The notes: generated by a model not told the origin, from the letters alone. 63,667 nucleotides of DNA, filler included, from Reclinomonas americana ATCC 50394 (GCA_048213135.1; 50 parts of 50 records of this genome joined end to end with filler, not necessarily neighbours in it), one strand, 5' to 3'. Counted from the whole stretch's first letter, positions 14,105 to 26,544 are shown. Made by a program: numbers and translations.

Positions 14105-15284
14105 CAGGAGCAGCACTCCCGCCTCCACTTCCCCCGCCGCGCGGAGTGCCACTGTTCACGGGAAACCGCGCGGTGCTTCCACCGCTGCAACACGCCATGC
14201 AGCAGCAGCGACCGTGGGCGCTGAGCCCGTTGATGCCTGCGCAACAACAACAACAGGTTTGCCTTCGTGTGTGTGTGTGCATTGGGTAATGATGATTTGA
14301 TTGATTGATGTGCAGCGCACGGATGCGCTTTCGCCGACGCCGCCGCCGCTTCCACCGGCGCCGATTTCGGTGTCGCGGCCGTCGTCTGCGGTGATGATGG
14401 TGGCGCCGGGGCGACGCCGGCCGTTCTCGAGCATGACGCCGTCGCCGGTGCCGCCGCCGTTGCCGCCCATGAGCGCGGTGCCGACGGCCACTGGTGGTGG
14501 AGGAGGAGGAGGTGCGACCATGGATAGCACCACTCCTGTACAGTACTTTTCGTCGACGGCGTCGCCGGCGTTGCCGGGCGGCGTGGCGAGGACGAACTTG
14601 TCGTGGGTAAGCGCGCGTGTGTGGGCGCGGTTGCTGCTGCCGCCGTTGTTTGAGTGCCCACTTCGTGTGTGCGTGCAGCGCGAGGACGATGATACCGATG
14701 ATATGGCATCGATGAGTGGAGGGCTGGCCGACATGGCTTCTGGCGATGTGCCGGTGCATGAGCGCGTGTCGGCTCGTGACGTGCGGCTGAGCCCGCCGTC
14801 GCCGGCGGCGCTGCGAGCGGCGGCTCCGTCGTCGTCGCCGCGACCTCCGTCGCGCACGGCGTCGCCGACTGCGGGGAGCCCGCGGTCGCCACGCTCGTCG
14901 GCAGACGACTTTGGCCGCAATGCGCCGACGCCGCTGCCGCCGCCGGCTGATTTGCCGCAGGGGCCGCGTCAAAAGAATGTTATGACGCTGCCTCCGCTGC
15001 GTGACTACCGACAGTCGCCAGTGATCCACACTAGCCAGATGCCGCCGAATTCGCGACCGTCGTCGTCTCACAGCTACGCGCGCGTCGTGCCTTACCGACC
15101 GCCAGTGCGTGCTGTTACGCCCACGGACACGGGCGACTTCACCAACGTCTACAAGGCCGAATCGCCTACTGGCGCCTCCAAGGCGCTCAGCGTGTACGGC
15201 CCGCCAATTGCCGTAATCACCACCGGCAGCGACCTGGAGAATCAGCACGGAGACCGCGCGGGCGACGATGCTGCGCAGGTGGAA
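14105..15284 (+). CDS. Pro/Ser-rich low-complexity eukaryotic protein fragment
   Basis: Long open frame with two short intron candidates; no recognisable domain. Confidence 0.5.
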
Positions 15285-15424
15285 NNNNNNNNNNNNNNNN
15301 NNNNNNNNNNNNNNNNNNNNNNNNNNNNTTAATTAATTAANNNNNNNNNNNNNNNNNNNNNNNNNNNNNNNNNNNNNNNNNNNNCCCCTCTCTTACTCAT
15401 GGATCTCCACCATCCTCGCACCAG

Positions 15425-15929
15425 CATCGAGAAGCTGCGCTTCCGCCTGAACCTGTACAAGTTCCGTGAGTCGCGCGACATTGCGCCTCGCACCCTCGGC
15501 TCGCTGGTCTCGAACATGTTGTACGAGAAGCGGTGCGTGTCGCGCGTGACGTGTGTTTCCGAGCACAGCTTGACACCTGTTTTCTTCGGCTGCAGGTTTG
15601 GTCCGTATTTTGTGGAGCCCGTGATTGCGGGCCTGGAGGTGGACAAGGCCACGGGTGCCGTCACGCCGTTTGTGACTGCACAAGATCTCATTGGTGCGCC
15701 GTGCTTCCCCGGCAACTTTGTGGTCGGCGGCACGTGCTCCGAGTCCCTGTACGGCATGTGCGAATCGTTGTGGCGACCGGATATGGAGCCGGATGATCTG
15801 TTCGAGACTGTGTCACAAGCACTGCTGGCGTCGCTCGACCGCGACTGCCTCAGTGGTTGGGGCGCGGTGGTGCATGTCATCACTCCGGACTCCATCACCA
15901 CCAAGACGCTCAAGGCACGCATGGACTGA
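15425..15929 (+). CDS. PSMB3: 20S proteasome subunit beta-3, C-terminal part
   Basis: [62 protein letters not shown]. Confidence 0.95.
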
Positions 15930-16720
15930 GGTGGGCTCCACTCGAGCCCTGCATGTCGTCGTGTGGCAGCGCAGCGTGAGTGCGTGTGTGTGAAGAGAGG
16001 CAGAAGTGAAACAAAAATCGGTATGGTGATTGGCGGTTATAGTGTGTGTTTATTGCTGACACGTGATTCTTCATCCCAAGGGAAACACGGTCTGGCGGTG
16101 TGGCATGTAGACGTACAGATGATGTAGAAGTACAGAGATAATAGGGGGGTGGGGGATGACATGCGCGGAGGAGGAGAATTACCCCCGCGTTGTCTGTCGA
16201 TTATGATGGGGATTAGGGGGACAAAAAAACAACAAAGAAAAATGAAAGAGGAAGCCCAGCTACTTCAAAGGCCCCTCCGCGACGCCTGCGCCGCGCGCGC
16301 CACTCGATTGCTCATTGGCGACGACGACGGCGGAAGCATCGAACGCGCGGCATTCTTGCTTGCACTTGCAGAACTGGGGACAGCTACACGCGAGCGTTTC
16401 TTGGACGGAGACAACACGCTGGAGAGGATCTCGTCGTCGGGATCGCCGGTGCTTCGCCGGAAGCACAGCTCAGGCGGGACGACCACGGTCTCGCGTGGCG
16501 ACGACGGTGGTGCGTTGGGTGGTGGCGCGCGACCAATCAGATCCATCGTGCGCAGTGTCAGCGCNNNNNNNNNNNNNNNNNNNNNNNNNNNNNNNNNNNN
16601 NNNNNNNNTTAATTAATTAANNNNNNNNNNNNNNNNNNNNNNNNNNNNNNNNNNNNNNNNNNNNCCTTCCCCCTTTTCCTTCCCCTTGGCCTTTCCCTCA
16701 CTCCCACCTCCCTCTTGACA

Positions 16721-17151
16721 GCCGCTCAAGCCACCGCGCCCCGGCCGGCCCTTCCTCCTCCGGCCTGGTCCCGCAATCGTCGGATCGCACCATTCAGCTG
16801 GACGATGTGACATTCGATCGCTGCGTCAAGCTCGGTCGCTTCGACTCGGACCGCACCATCTCCTTTGTGCCACCCGACGGCGAGTTCGAGCTGATGGGCT
16901 ACCGCATCACCGACAACATTATTCTGCCGTTCCGCCTGCCGCAAGTCAGCGTGCGCGAGATGGGCAAGACACGAGTCGAGTACCACGTGACGGTGAAGGC
17001 CGACTTTTTGCCGCAGCTCTTTGGCATGAACGTGCAGGTGCTCATTCCGGCACCGAGCAACACCGCCAAGACAACACTGAACTGCACCGGCGGCAAGGCC
17101 AAGTACGATCCGACAAAGAAGGCCATTGTGTGGCGCATCAAGCGCTTCCCG
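16721..17151 (+). CDS. AP2M1: Adaptor protein complex mu subunit exon, most like AP-2 mu
   Basis: LDDVTFDRCVKLGRFDSDRTISFVPPDGEFELMGYRIT...GKAKY...AIVWRIKRFP|gtgagt. Confidence 0.88.
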
Positions 17152-17977
17152 GTGAGTGGTGGGAAAGAGGGAGAAGGGAGGGAGGGTGGGAGGGAGAAGG
17201 AGAGAAATTGTCTCTTGCATTCTCCTCCTTATGTGAGGAACAGGTCAAATAGAGGAGGGATAGAGGGGCGAGGCGGAGAGTGTTGCCTATGCAGGGCTTA
17301 TTATTGCTACTCACCCCCGTGAGGGAAAGAGAGAGAGAGAAAAGGATAGACATGTGAAAGAGAGAGAGAAAGATTGCAAAAGTCGCATACGCAACACTCT
17401 CGACTCATTTCCGTATCCCTCCTTCTCCATTCCCTCTGTCCCCCATATAAGGGAGAAGAACGCAAGAGACATTGTATCCTTCACGTGTTCTCCCTCACAT
17501 TCCCCCTCCACGTCCTCGTCACTCGATGTGAGGGACAGAATATAGGAGGAATAGAGGTGTGAGTCGGGAGTGTTGCATACAGAAAGCATTCATCGTTTCA
17601 TGTCCTCTCTCATTCCCCTCCCGTGGAACAGAGTGAGCGTTGCTAACACACGTTTTCTTCGGTTCTTTTCCGCCTCTCTCTCTCTCTCTCTCATATTCCA
17701 CCCACTCTCGTCTCACTCCTGTGAGGCACAGTGGAAATAGATATGGAGGAATTGAGGCGTGCGAGAGTGTTGCTTTCTCATAACATCTCGCTTCTCCCTC
17801 TCGCTTCTCCCTCTCCCTCTCCCTCTCCCTCTCCCTCTCCCTCTNNNNNNNNNNNNNNNNNNNNNNNNNNNNNNNNNNNNNNNNNNNNTTAATTAATTAA
17901 NNNNNNNNNNNNNNNNNNNNNNNNNNNNNNNNNNNNNNNNNNNNAGTCGTGCGGGCCGTCGTTCGCTGATTCGGGGG

Positions 17978-17997
17978 GATGTTTCACGTGAAACATC
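17978..17997. promoter_or_regulatory. parS: parS centromere-like site 1
   Basis: Perfect palindrome GATGTTTCACGTGAAACATC containing consensus TGTTTCACGTGAAACA. Confidence 0.93.
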
Positions 17998-18214
17998 GCT
18001 CAGCTGTCTTTCGATAGTTCCTCGTGGGCGTGAGCGGGATCACTCCCTTCGTTCGCAGAGCGGGCACCCTCCCCGCAAGCGGGGACCCCTCCCGATGCTC
18101 ACGCCGGGAGTGATCCCGCACTCGCGGACCAGCGTGCATGCAGTGCTTGAGTGCGAGGTCGGTCTTGATGGCTGGGGCTGGCGTCGCCACGGGTTCTGTT
18201 GTCCTATTAGAAGC

Positions 18215-18577
18215 ATGCGTGTGGAACGAGTGGTGCCGATCCTGACCGTGACGGATGTCGCAAGTGCCGTGGAGACGCATCGGCGCGTGCTGGGGATGTC
18301 GGTGGTCATGGACCATGGATGGATCGTGACCCTCGCGGATGAGGCCGGGCGACAGCTGAGCGTCATGACTCGTGACGCGTCCGCTGCGGTGAACCCGGAT
18401 GTCTCGGTCTTCGTGGATGACGTAGGGGAGGCACTGCGCCAGGCCATCGCCGCCGGTGCGGAGATCGTGCATCCGCTGACGGACGAACCCTGGGGAGTCA
18501 CCCGCTTCTTCTACAGGGACGCCGGTGGGAGCGTCATCAACGTCGGCACGCACACGGAGCCCTCTGCTCCGCAGTAG
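18215..18577 (+). CDS. VOC/glyoxalase/bleomycin-resistance family protein (actinobacterial)
   Basis: MRVERVVPILTVTDV...VSVFVDDV...GAEIVHPLTDEPWGVTRFFYRDAGGSVINV. Confidence 0.9.
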   Translation: MRVERVVPILTVTDVASAVETHRRVLGMSVVMDHGWIVTLADEAGRQLSVMTRDASAAVNPDVSVFVDDVGEALRQAIAAGAEIVHPLTDEPWGVTRFFYRDAGGSVINVGTHTEPSAPQ

Positions 18578-18650
18578 GGTGCCCCCGCGGTTTCGCCGCG
18601 CCTGCATCCTGTGTGACGGAGGCGCACACGAGGAGACCAGCCGCCCGTGC

Positions 18651-18674
18651 TCGATGTTTCACGTGAAACATCGA
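18651..18674. promoter_or_regulatory. parS: parS site 2
   Basis: 24-bp perfect palindrome TCGATGTTTCACGTGAAACATCGA. Confidence 0.93.
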
Positions 18675-18878
18675 ATTGCGAGCAGGTCAGGGGTCTCGCG
18701 TACCAAGCCGCGCCCGCCATGGACTCGAGGATCGGCGGTACACGGGACTCTCGACGTGCCGGAAAAACGTCCCTCCCTGAACGCTGGGTGCGCTCGTGCA
18801 TGGATGCGGTTCTGATGCGCGCCCGTACGGGAACCCTGTGACTGTGGAGGGTACGTCTTGCACCCGCTCCATATCTAG

Positions 18879-18894
18879 CGTTTCACGTGAAACA
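18879..18894. promoter_or_regulatory. parS: parS site 3
   Basis: CGTTTCACGTGAAACA, one mismatch to the 16-bp consensus. Confidence 0.9.
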
Positions 18895-19222
18895 TCTCCA
18901 GTACTCACCTTTCCTGACGCGCAGGAGAGTGGGTACGGATGTCTGCAGTCCTGCGCGAGGGAATGAACCGCGTGATCGCGGGACCGAGCGCTCGATGGGT
19001 GTGTGAAAGAGGAGGGGCTTCCGAACCGGGGGATTCTGATGGGGGACTGGCGAGCATTCCGCGACCTTCCGCTCGCGGATGGGCAAGATCTGCACGGGGG
19101 TACCTCGACTACGTGACTCACTNNNNNNNNNNNNNNNNNNNNNNNNNNNNNNNNNNNNNNNNNNNNTTAATTAATTAANNNNNNNNNNNNNNNNNNNNNN
19201 NNNNNNNNNNNNNNNNNNNNNN

Positions 19223-19278
<56 letters not shown>

Positions 19279-19536
19279 CACATGCACGCACACACATATA
19301 CACACAATTTCTCCTTCTTCTCACCCTTCACATTCCCTCTCACTTCCCTCTCTTCTCTCTTCCTTCTCCACTGTCTCTCCCTTATATCGACTAACCCACA
19401 ACATTATGACCAGGCACAAAGGGCTCCATTCCAGTCTGATTCAAGTACGATTTGAAGCCGAGAATGTTAAAGTTAAATAATAAATTAATGCGACGAATGT
19501 GCAAGTGGCCGTCCTCCCCCTCCACTTCCATCGTGA

Positions 19537-20399
19537 AGCTCGCGATTCTCACTCAGTCCGCACTTTCAGAGACTGCAAACCCATGGCGCCGGCGTTGACG
19601 TCATTTTGTCTGTATACTAAACAGTAACTATCACTGTATAAGTTTTCGATCCCTCCTTCCAAGCTCCGTCTCCAGTGGACAAGGCGTCAACGACGGCGCC
19701 CACTCTTCACGCGGAAGTTGCCTCCATGGAATGCACGAATGGCCTCCCGGTCATTGTTAAAGACTCCCAGAATCCAAGAGACCAGTTGGTGTCCACTGTG
19801 GCGAAAGATGTGCTTCGCTGTTCTGCACATTAGCTAGAATTCTCTGTGCGCAAGTGCAATGCACCACAACTCACCGTCATGCCTCTTGTATATGTTGACA
19901 ATGTCAAACGGCAACTTTGGCAGCTGGTCAGCCGGATGTAAGACTACGTGGACGCCCGGTGCGTTGGTCTCTGTACCGAGGTCGTCGTGAATGCTCTCAC
20001 ATGCAGCGTAGCCGATGGAATCCTGAAGAGCAGTGGTTAGGCAATTGCATTTTACGAGGTGGAGTTGGTCACAAACCGGATGATTGACAACAATGTGCAG
20101 CACCTCGAATCTCTCACTCTCCATCGTGCGAAGGCTGTGCATCCAATCTTGATGACCTCTGAATGCAGTCAGCAGCACGCGAGTTTTCTCATCGAGTGGC
20201 GCAGCATGAGTGTTGACAGCGGCTGGTTGCACCCGACGGCCAAAAAAAGCAATGATGAAAATGAGGATGATGATGACGGCTCCTGCAACAGTGTTACAAT
20301 AGAGGAAGGAGCAAATTGGAACTCAGAACGACAAACCAAAGAATACCCCAATCAAGACCCGAAGCCGGAGAACCGACTGCCGAAATTATGTAAGTACAC
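19537..20399 (+). pseudogene. Long frame with five in-frame TAA/TAG and no TGA; possibly a decayed DDE (hAT/MULE-like) transposase
   Basis: About 287 codons; VIVKD-x18-CSAH*LEFSVRK resembles the D...CxxH motif. Confidence 0.4.
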
Positions 20400-20708
20400 N
20401 NNNNNNNNNNNNNNNNNNNNNNNNNNNNNNNNNNNNNNNNNNNTTAATTAATTAANNNNNNNNNNNNNNNNNNNNNNNNNNNNNNNNNNNNNNNNNNNNG
20501 AGAGAGGGAGGAGGAGAGAGAGAGAGAGAGAGAGATTGAGAGAGATTGAGTGTGTGTGTGTTGTGACTGCTAGTGTGTTTTTTCTTTTTTTTTGGGGGTT
20601 TGGGGGGGGGTTCGGTCTATCCTTCACTCTTCTCTCAAGACTGTCTGCTGTCAAAAGTTTCTGTTTCAGTGCATCTCTCTCTTTCTGTGTGTGTGTGTGT
20701 GTGTTTCG

Positions 20709-21622
20709 ATGCCGAAGCTCACACTTCCGCGATTCAGCCACTGGTGATTGACATCCCCGGACAAGCACCGGCAGATTCACCGTTCTCGGATCACCCAGCG
20801 CACCGCGAGCCAACCCGCCAGTATGGTCACACTGGCCACAACGAGTACTCGTTCCCCGCCGGCACACCCGCCAACGAGGCGCAAGCAATTTTCGAGGCGG
20901 TTCGTTCTCCTGTTATTATATTCGACAAGTGGCCGTGTGTGCTGACGCTGATCACAGAATGAGGACGACGTGTTCGACGCGGTACCGGGTGGCGGCAAGG
21001 GTGGCGCGTCAGGCAGCGCGGCCGGAGGCATGGATGGTGAGTGTCAAGGGAGGGTGGCTGAATGTGTTAGAGAGTTGCTGACGAGAGAGAATGGGCGGCA
21101 GATTTCATGGGCTTTGGTGGCGCGGCACCGGCTGGCGCAGGACACGGTCATGGTGCCGGCGCGCACTCTGACGAGGAGGAAGAGGAGGAGGAGGAGGAAG
21201 AAGAAGAGGAAGAGGTATGGCAAAGACAAACAAGTGACACAGAATGATAGTTTTTTATGTTGACTGTGTGGTGTGGCAGGCGGACTTTGCCACCACTCCG
21301 CTCGGCAAGTGGCAGCTGCAGATGCAGGAACGCCTGCTCGAGCAAGCGCAGGCCGCTCGCATGGTACATGTCATCCATCATTCGACATGTTTTCCCCTTT
21401 CGTGATGGTGCCTCACACTCTTGTCCCCAGACGAAAGAGGAGCGCCGCAAGCGCGCCCGCGAGTGGTTGGCCAAGTTCTACGCTGACCGCGATGCGCGCA
21501 TCTCAGCGACGCACCGTGTGGTGACGCAGCAGGATGAGCAATTCTTTGGCAACCTGGCCCGCCTCATGACCGAGGTGAAGCCGCCGGCGCCGGAAGACCC
21601 GAATGCCGCTCGCACGTGGGCC
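20709..21622 (+). CDS. Clathrin light chain-like protein, spliced
   Basis: PLGKWQLQMQERLLEQ...RKRAREWLAKFYADRDARI...EQFF...TWA matches the light-chain W..RL..A..L..FY..W pattern. Confidence 0.7.
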
Positions 21623-21809
21623 GTTGCGTCTCGCGCACCTACTGTTGTTGTCTCGTGTATATGCACGCTGAATGTATATNNNNNNNNNNNNNNNNNNNNN
21701 NNNNNNNNNNNNNNNNNNNNNNNTTAATTAATTAANNNNNNNNNNNNNNNNNNNNNNNNNNNNNNNNNNNNNNNNNNNNACCTACCTACTACTACTACAC
21801 CACCTCCTC

Positions 21810-21852
<43 letters not shown>

Positions 21853-21881
21853 CGCTCACACACACAGAATTTAAACCACAC

Positions 21882-22888
21882 CTTCGTTGATGGTGAACAG
21901 CTTGCTCAGGGTGCCACCATTTTGATCGTCCGTCTGAATCTGCACCTTCAGGTTGTTGCCCGTCAGTCCCGCCACATTCGACCGCAACTGGCTGCCCACA
22001 ATCGCAAACTTGGCCTGATCCGCCCCGCCGACAATCGTGTACACAAATGTCTGGCAGCAGTTGCTGTCTGATGTGCTCAGCGTCGCCACCACACTGCTCA
22101 TTCCGAGCGGCGGCGGATACAGCAGCGTCGACAGCGCCACGTCGCTCGGCGGCACATTCGCTGTGTGTATGCACGTCCACAATGTGTGAGCTCACCACTC
22201 CACACTCCCCACTGCTCACTGCAAGTTCTCGTGAAGAAACACTCACTTTCGTTCACAACAAACGCCTTTGCAAACGTAAACCCGCTGCTGTCCGTCACTC
22301 GCACCGTCACTTGCAGCCCAGTACCGCCTTGTCCGCTGTTGCGCAGCACCAAATTCGACCCGACAACATCGAACAGAGCTCCATTCGTGCCGCCTTGAAT
22401 CGTGAACGTGAACGTGTCCAACACATTGCCATCTGTCGCAGACAGCGCGCCCACCGCAGTATTCGTTGACACGGTCGGCGGCGTGTACACACTGCTCGAC
22501 AGCGAAATATCCGTCGGTCCAACAGGCACTGCACACGGCGTGAGCATCATCTTCACCACAATCACCACATGCCACCATCAACATCATCATCCACCGCACT
22601 CACCATCATTGACCGTAAACTGCTTCGCAAACGTCGCACTGCCACTGTCTGTCGTCTGCACAACCACCACAAGGCCAGTGCCGCGCTGTCCAGCAGCAAC
22701 AATCCGCAGCTGCGATCCCGCAATCTCAAACACACTGCTGTCCGCTCCACCCACAATCTGGTATGTGAACGTCTCTCCTGTGTTCGCGTCCGTTGTCGAC
22801 AGACTACCCACAACAACACTGTGTGCCGCCGCAGTCGGTGGCGTGTACGTGTTCGACGACAGTGCAATGTTGGTCGGCGCCACATTGT
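21882..22888 (-). CDS. Tandem cadherin-like beta-sandwich repeats of bacterial type; exons 22604-22888, 22247-22528, 21882-22160
   Basis: Repeats NVAPTNIALS...VGSLSTTDANTGETFTYQIVGGADSSVFEIAGSQL...VQTTDSG...KQFTVN; all introns phase 1. Confidence 0.8.
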
Positions 22889-23074
22889 CTGTGCAAACAC
22901 GCACAAACATGAATATCGACAGCCATCCCCCTCCCTCCTTCTCTCACTTCCCTCGCNNNNNNNNNNNNNNNNNNNNNNNNNNNNNNNNNNNNNNNNNNNN
23001 TTAATTAATTAANNNNNNNNNNNNNNNNNNNNNNNNNNNNNNNNNNNNNNNNNNNNGCATCTCCCCACTACAGG

Positions 23075-23344
23075 AACTGTTGAACGCGGCGCAAGATACG
23101 CTTGTGGAGGTGGCACGTCAGTATGAGGACCTGGTACGTGAGTACGAGCAGCTGGCCGTCAAATTTGCCGAGGATCCCAAGCGCACCTCGCCCGACGACT
23201 TTTTCCGTCTGCTGTGCACCTTTTTGACCGACTACAAGGTGTGTGTGTGCTGCACGAGCGACGTCCTCGTGGCCCCCTGCCTCTAACCTAGTCGCTCGTC
23301 AGGGTGCAATCGGCAAAGCTTCGGGTGGCAGTCGACGAAGATGA
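23075..23344 (+). CDS. Formin FH2 domain C-terminus
   Basis: YEQLAVKFAEDPKRTSPDDFFRLLCTFLTDYK, then an intron and a short last exon ending TGA. Confidence 0.75.
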
Positions 23345-23437
23345 TCAAGAAGAACTCATGTGTATGCACCAATTAAACAAAAAACGAAATCGCAACACTT
23401 TCTTCGTCGTCGTCGTCGTCGTCGTGCGGAGGAGAGC

Positions 23438-24190
23438 ATGTCGAGTGCCGCACCGGCAGCGTCGCCTGTGGAAGGCGGCTCGTCGCCATCACGCAGCGGT
23501 CGCAAGCGCTCACGTTCTCAGTCGCCTTCGCGCAGCACATCCACCACCGCCACCACTGCCACCGCTGCACCAGCGCCAAGCGCATCGCCCGAGCGCAAGA
23601 GGCGGCGCAGCAGTCGGCGATCACGCTCTCCCTCCTCTTCTTCCTCCTCGTCATCGTCGTCATCGTCTTCGGCGTCGTCGACTGCAGCTGCACCGCGGGA
23701 AAAGCGACGCAGTCGCAGCAAGGAGTCGAGCAAGAAGAAGGAGAAGAGCAGGCACCGCAGCAGCAGCAAGGATGTGGAGGACAGCAGCAAGTCCAAGTCC
23801 AGCAAGAGGAGCAAGAGGAGCCACAGTCGCGACAAGCGCGACGAGAAGAAGAAGAAGAAGTCATCACATGGTCGACCGGTGCAGTTGTCCAAGGTGAGTC
23901 TCGCGCTCTCCACGTGCATGCACATCTGTGTGTGGGGGGAGAGCTCTCACAGTGTGCATGCTCAGTTCTTGCATGGAGGCGATTCGTCGTCGTCCTCGTC
24001 GTCTTCCTCTGATGAGGAGCGGCGACAGCGGCGGCGGCGGCACAAGCACAAGAAGAGGAGGAGCCGGAAGGGTGACAGTGGCTCGAGTAGCAGCAGCAGC
24101 AGCAGTAGCAGCAGCAGCGACGATGGCGATGCCGTTCGGAGTGTGATCTCAGGCAAGAAGATCAAGCGCGATCTCGGTCGTGACAAGCGG
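23438..24190 (+). CDS. Ser/Arg/Lys-rich (SR-like) putative nuclear protein
   Basis: RS/KK/polyS tracts, PVQLSK|FL, RSVISGKKIK; starts less than 100 nt after the formin stop. Confidence 0.65.
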
Positions 24191-24333
24191 GTGCGCCTGG
24201 CGGTGGCGATGGCGTTAGCTTGAGGGCTTCTTCNNNNNNNNNNNNNNNNNNNNNNNNNNNNNNNNNNNNNNNNNNNNTTAATTAATTAANNNNNNNNNNN
24301 NNNNNNNNNNNNNNNNNNNNNNNNNNNNNNNNN

Positions 24334-24409
<76 letters not shown>

Positions 24410-24412
<3 letters not shown>

Positions 24413-25023
24413 TGAGATGCTTGTCGGGCGTTTCATCGTGTCCTTGTGGCGAACGCCAGCACCTCGAGCTCTTGGAGTCTCGTGCTCTCCTCCCGCTCTC
24501 CTCACCATTCATGGCCTCTTTCTCTCAGTTCCACCCACCGCCATTCGCGCCAACTTCGCATCGGCGGCCATTGCCTCGCCCTTCGCGGCGGTGGCTGTGG
24601 AGCCTCGCGCCCTGTCCACTCTGCCGATGCGCTACCGGCCTCCAACTACGCTGTGCCACCTGTTTCCGTTCAACCCGTGGCGGCGGCGATTGAGGAACCA
24701 GCAGTAGTGGCTCCGGCTGTTCCTCGCATGTCGCCTCTGCAGCTAAAGATTCAAGCTCTTCACGAGGCCAACACCATGAAGACCGTGCTCCCGCTGGCCA
24801 ACGATCCGAGCAACCTCTCCACCCTGGAATGCCTCGTTTCGTTGAATTTGGGAAGGAAAAAATGTGGGTGAAGTCTCTCGTCTGACACGCTCTCCTCCCC
24901 CAGGTTCCTCTGTGGGCCAACCAGACCACAGCTGAGGCTGACTCGGCGGGCGGTCGTGCCACTGCGCAGCTGGCCGACGACATGTTGGTCAAGTTTGTCA
25001 GTCGCGAGAAGCCAACGGATAAG
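24410..25023 (+). CDS. Hypothetical spliced protein overlapping the duplicated segment
   Basis: ORF ...PAVPRMSPLQLKIQALHEANTMKTVLPLANDPSNLSTLECL|VPLWAN...; intron candidate 24836-24903. Confidence 0.4.
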
Positions 25024-25609
25024 GTACGGCGGTGGACGCTCAGAATGCACAGGCCTCTTCTGTGTCTCTCTCTCCCTTCTGAACGCTCTTCTTCCTCTGT
25101 CTTCATCTTTATCTCTCCCTCTTTCATGTGCCCTCAGTTTCAGTTTCTCTCTCTCTTTTCGTCCTCACTCCTCTTTTGCTGATGCCCATCTCTTTCCAGT
25201 TCCCATTTTCTCTCCCTCTCTACTCTCTTCTATCTCTTATCTAAGTCTCTTCTCTCCCATTCTCCTCTCTCTCTCTTAATTCTCTCTCATTTTCCCTCAC
25301 CTCCCTCTCTTCTCCTTCTCTCTCCTCTCCCTTCTCTCTCCCTTTTCTCTCCCATTTCTCTCCCTTTTCTCTCCCTTCTCTCTTCCTTCTCTCTCGCCTT
25401 CTCTCTTCCTTCTCTCTCGCCTTCTCTCTTCCTTCTCTCTCCCTTGTCTCTCCCTTCTCCCTCCCTTTTCTCTCCCTTTTCTCTCTCTTCTCTCTCCCTT
25501 CTTTCTCCCNNNNNNNNNNNNNNNNNNNNNNNNNNNNNNNNNNNNNNNNNNNNTTAATTAATTAANNNNNNNNNNNNNNNNNNNNNNNNNNNNNNNNNNN
25601 NNNNNNNNN

Positions 25610-26544
25610 TCGGCTGCGGGGAACGACTCCGTCATCGACATCGGCATGGCGCCGTTGCGGTAGAAGTTGTTCGAGCCGAGCGACGGCTTCCAGGTGTTCG
25701 GTTCCCAGTCGGGCACGTAGTTGCGGTAGCCGCCGGTGTTGAGCTCGATGCGCAGGGTGGACGGTTCGCGGTAGTAGAGGAACGTCTGCTCGCCGATGCC
25801 GTGGATGTTGGGCCCGTATTCGATCGGGATGCCGTTCTCCATGAGGGTGTCGGCGGCGATGAGCAGCTCCTCGCGGGTGTCGACCCAGAACGCGTAGTGG
25901 TTGATGCGGCCGGCGCGGGTCGAGCCGTCGAGGACGACGCCGAGGTCGTGCGACTTCTCGTTCGTGGTGAGCACGGAGAACACCGAGATGGGTGCCTCGT
26001 CGAGGATCGTCTTCGCCATGATCCGGAATCCGAGGACCTCGTTGTACCAGGCGGCGAAGTCGTCGACGCTGCTGGTCGCGATGGTCACGTGGTCGAGCTG
26101 ACGCGGCGCACCGGCGACCTTCGATCGCTTCTCGGGCCGGTCGGGGTAGATCGACGCGGTGGACCCGTTCGCCTGGTGACGCGTGACGTCCCAGTGCAGC
26201 GTCATCGAGTGGCCCCACGGACCGGTGAATCGGTACGCGCGTCCGATGTGCGGCACGTCGTCGAGCCATTCACCCTCGATGCCGGCGTCTTCGACGCGCT
26301 TCGCGGCCTCGTCGAGCGCCTCGGCGCTCGAGGTGCGCCAGGCCATCGTCGCGAGCGCGGGCTCGTCGCCCGGGATCACCACGAGCGAGTACGCGTAGTA
26401 GTCACCCCAGCAACGCAGGTACACGGCCCCGTCGACGCGGTCCACGACGGTGAGTCCGACCTGGTCCTCGTAGAACTTGACCGACGCTTCGACATCGGGG
26501 GTGGTGATCGCCACGTAGGAGAGGTGGGAGAGCAGCTTGATCAT
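25610..26544 (-). CDS. Catechol 2,3-dioxygenase-like extradiol dioxygenase (VOC), actinobacterial
   Basis: YLRCWGDYY, RQLDHVT, KSHDLG, INHYAFW, GPNIHGIG, FLYYREPSTLRIEL; AGGA RBS. Confidence 0.9.

Noticed and set aside
17978..18894. Repeated palindrome as a CRISPR array or REP element
   Set aside because: Spacing is irregular (about 675 and 225 bp) and the sequence is the parS consensus
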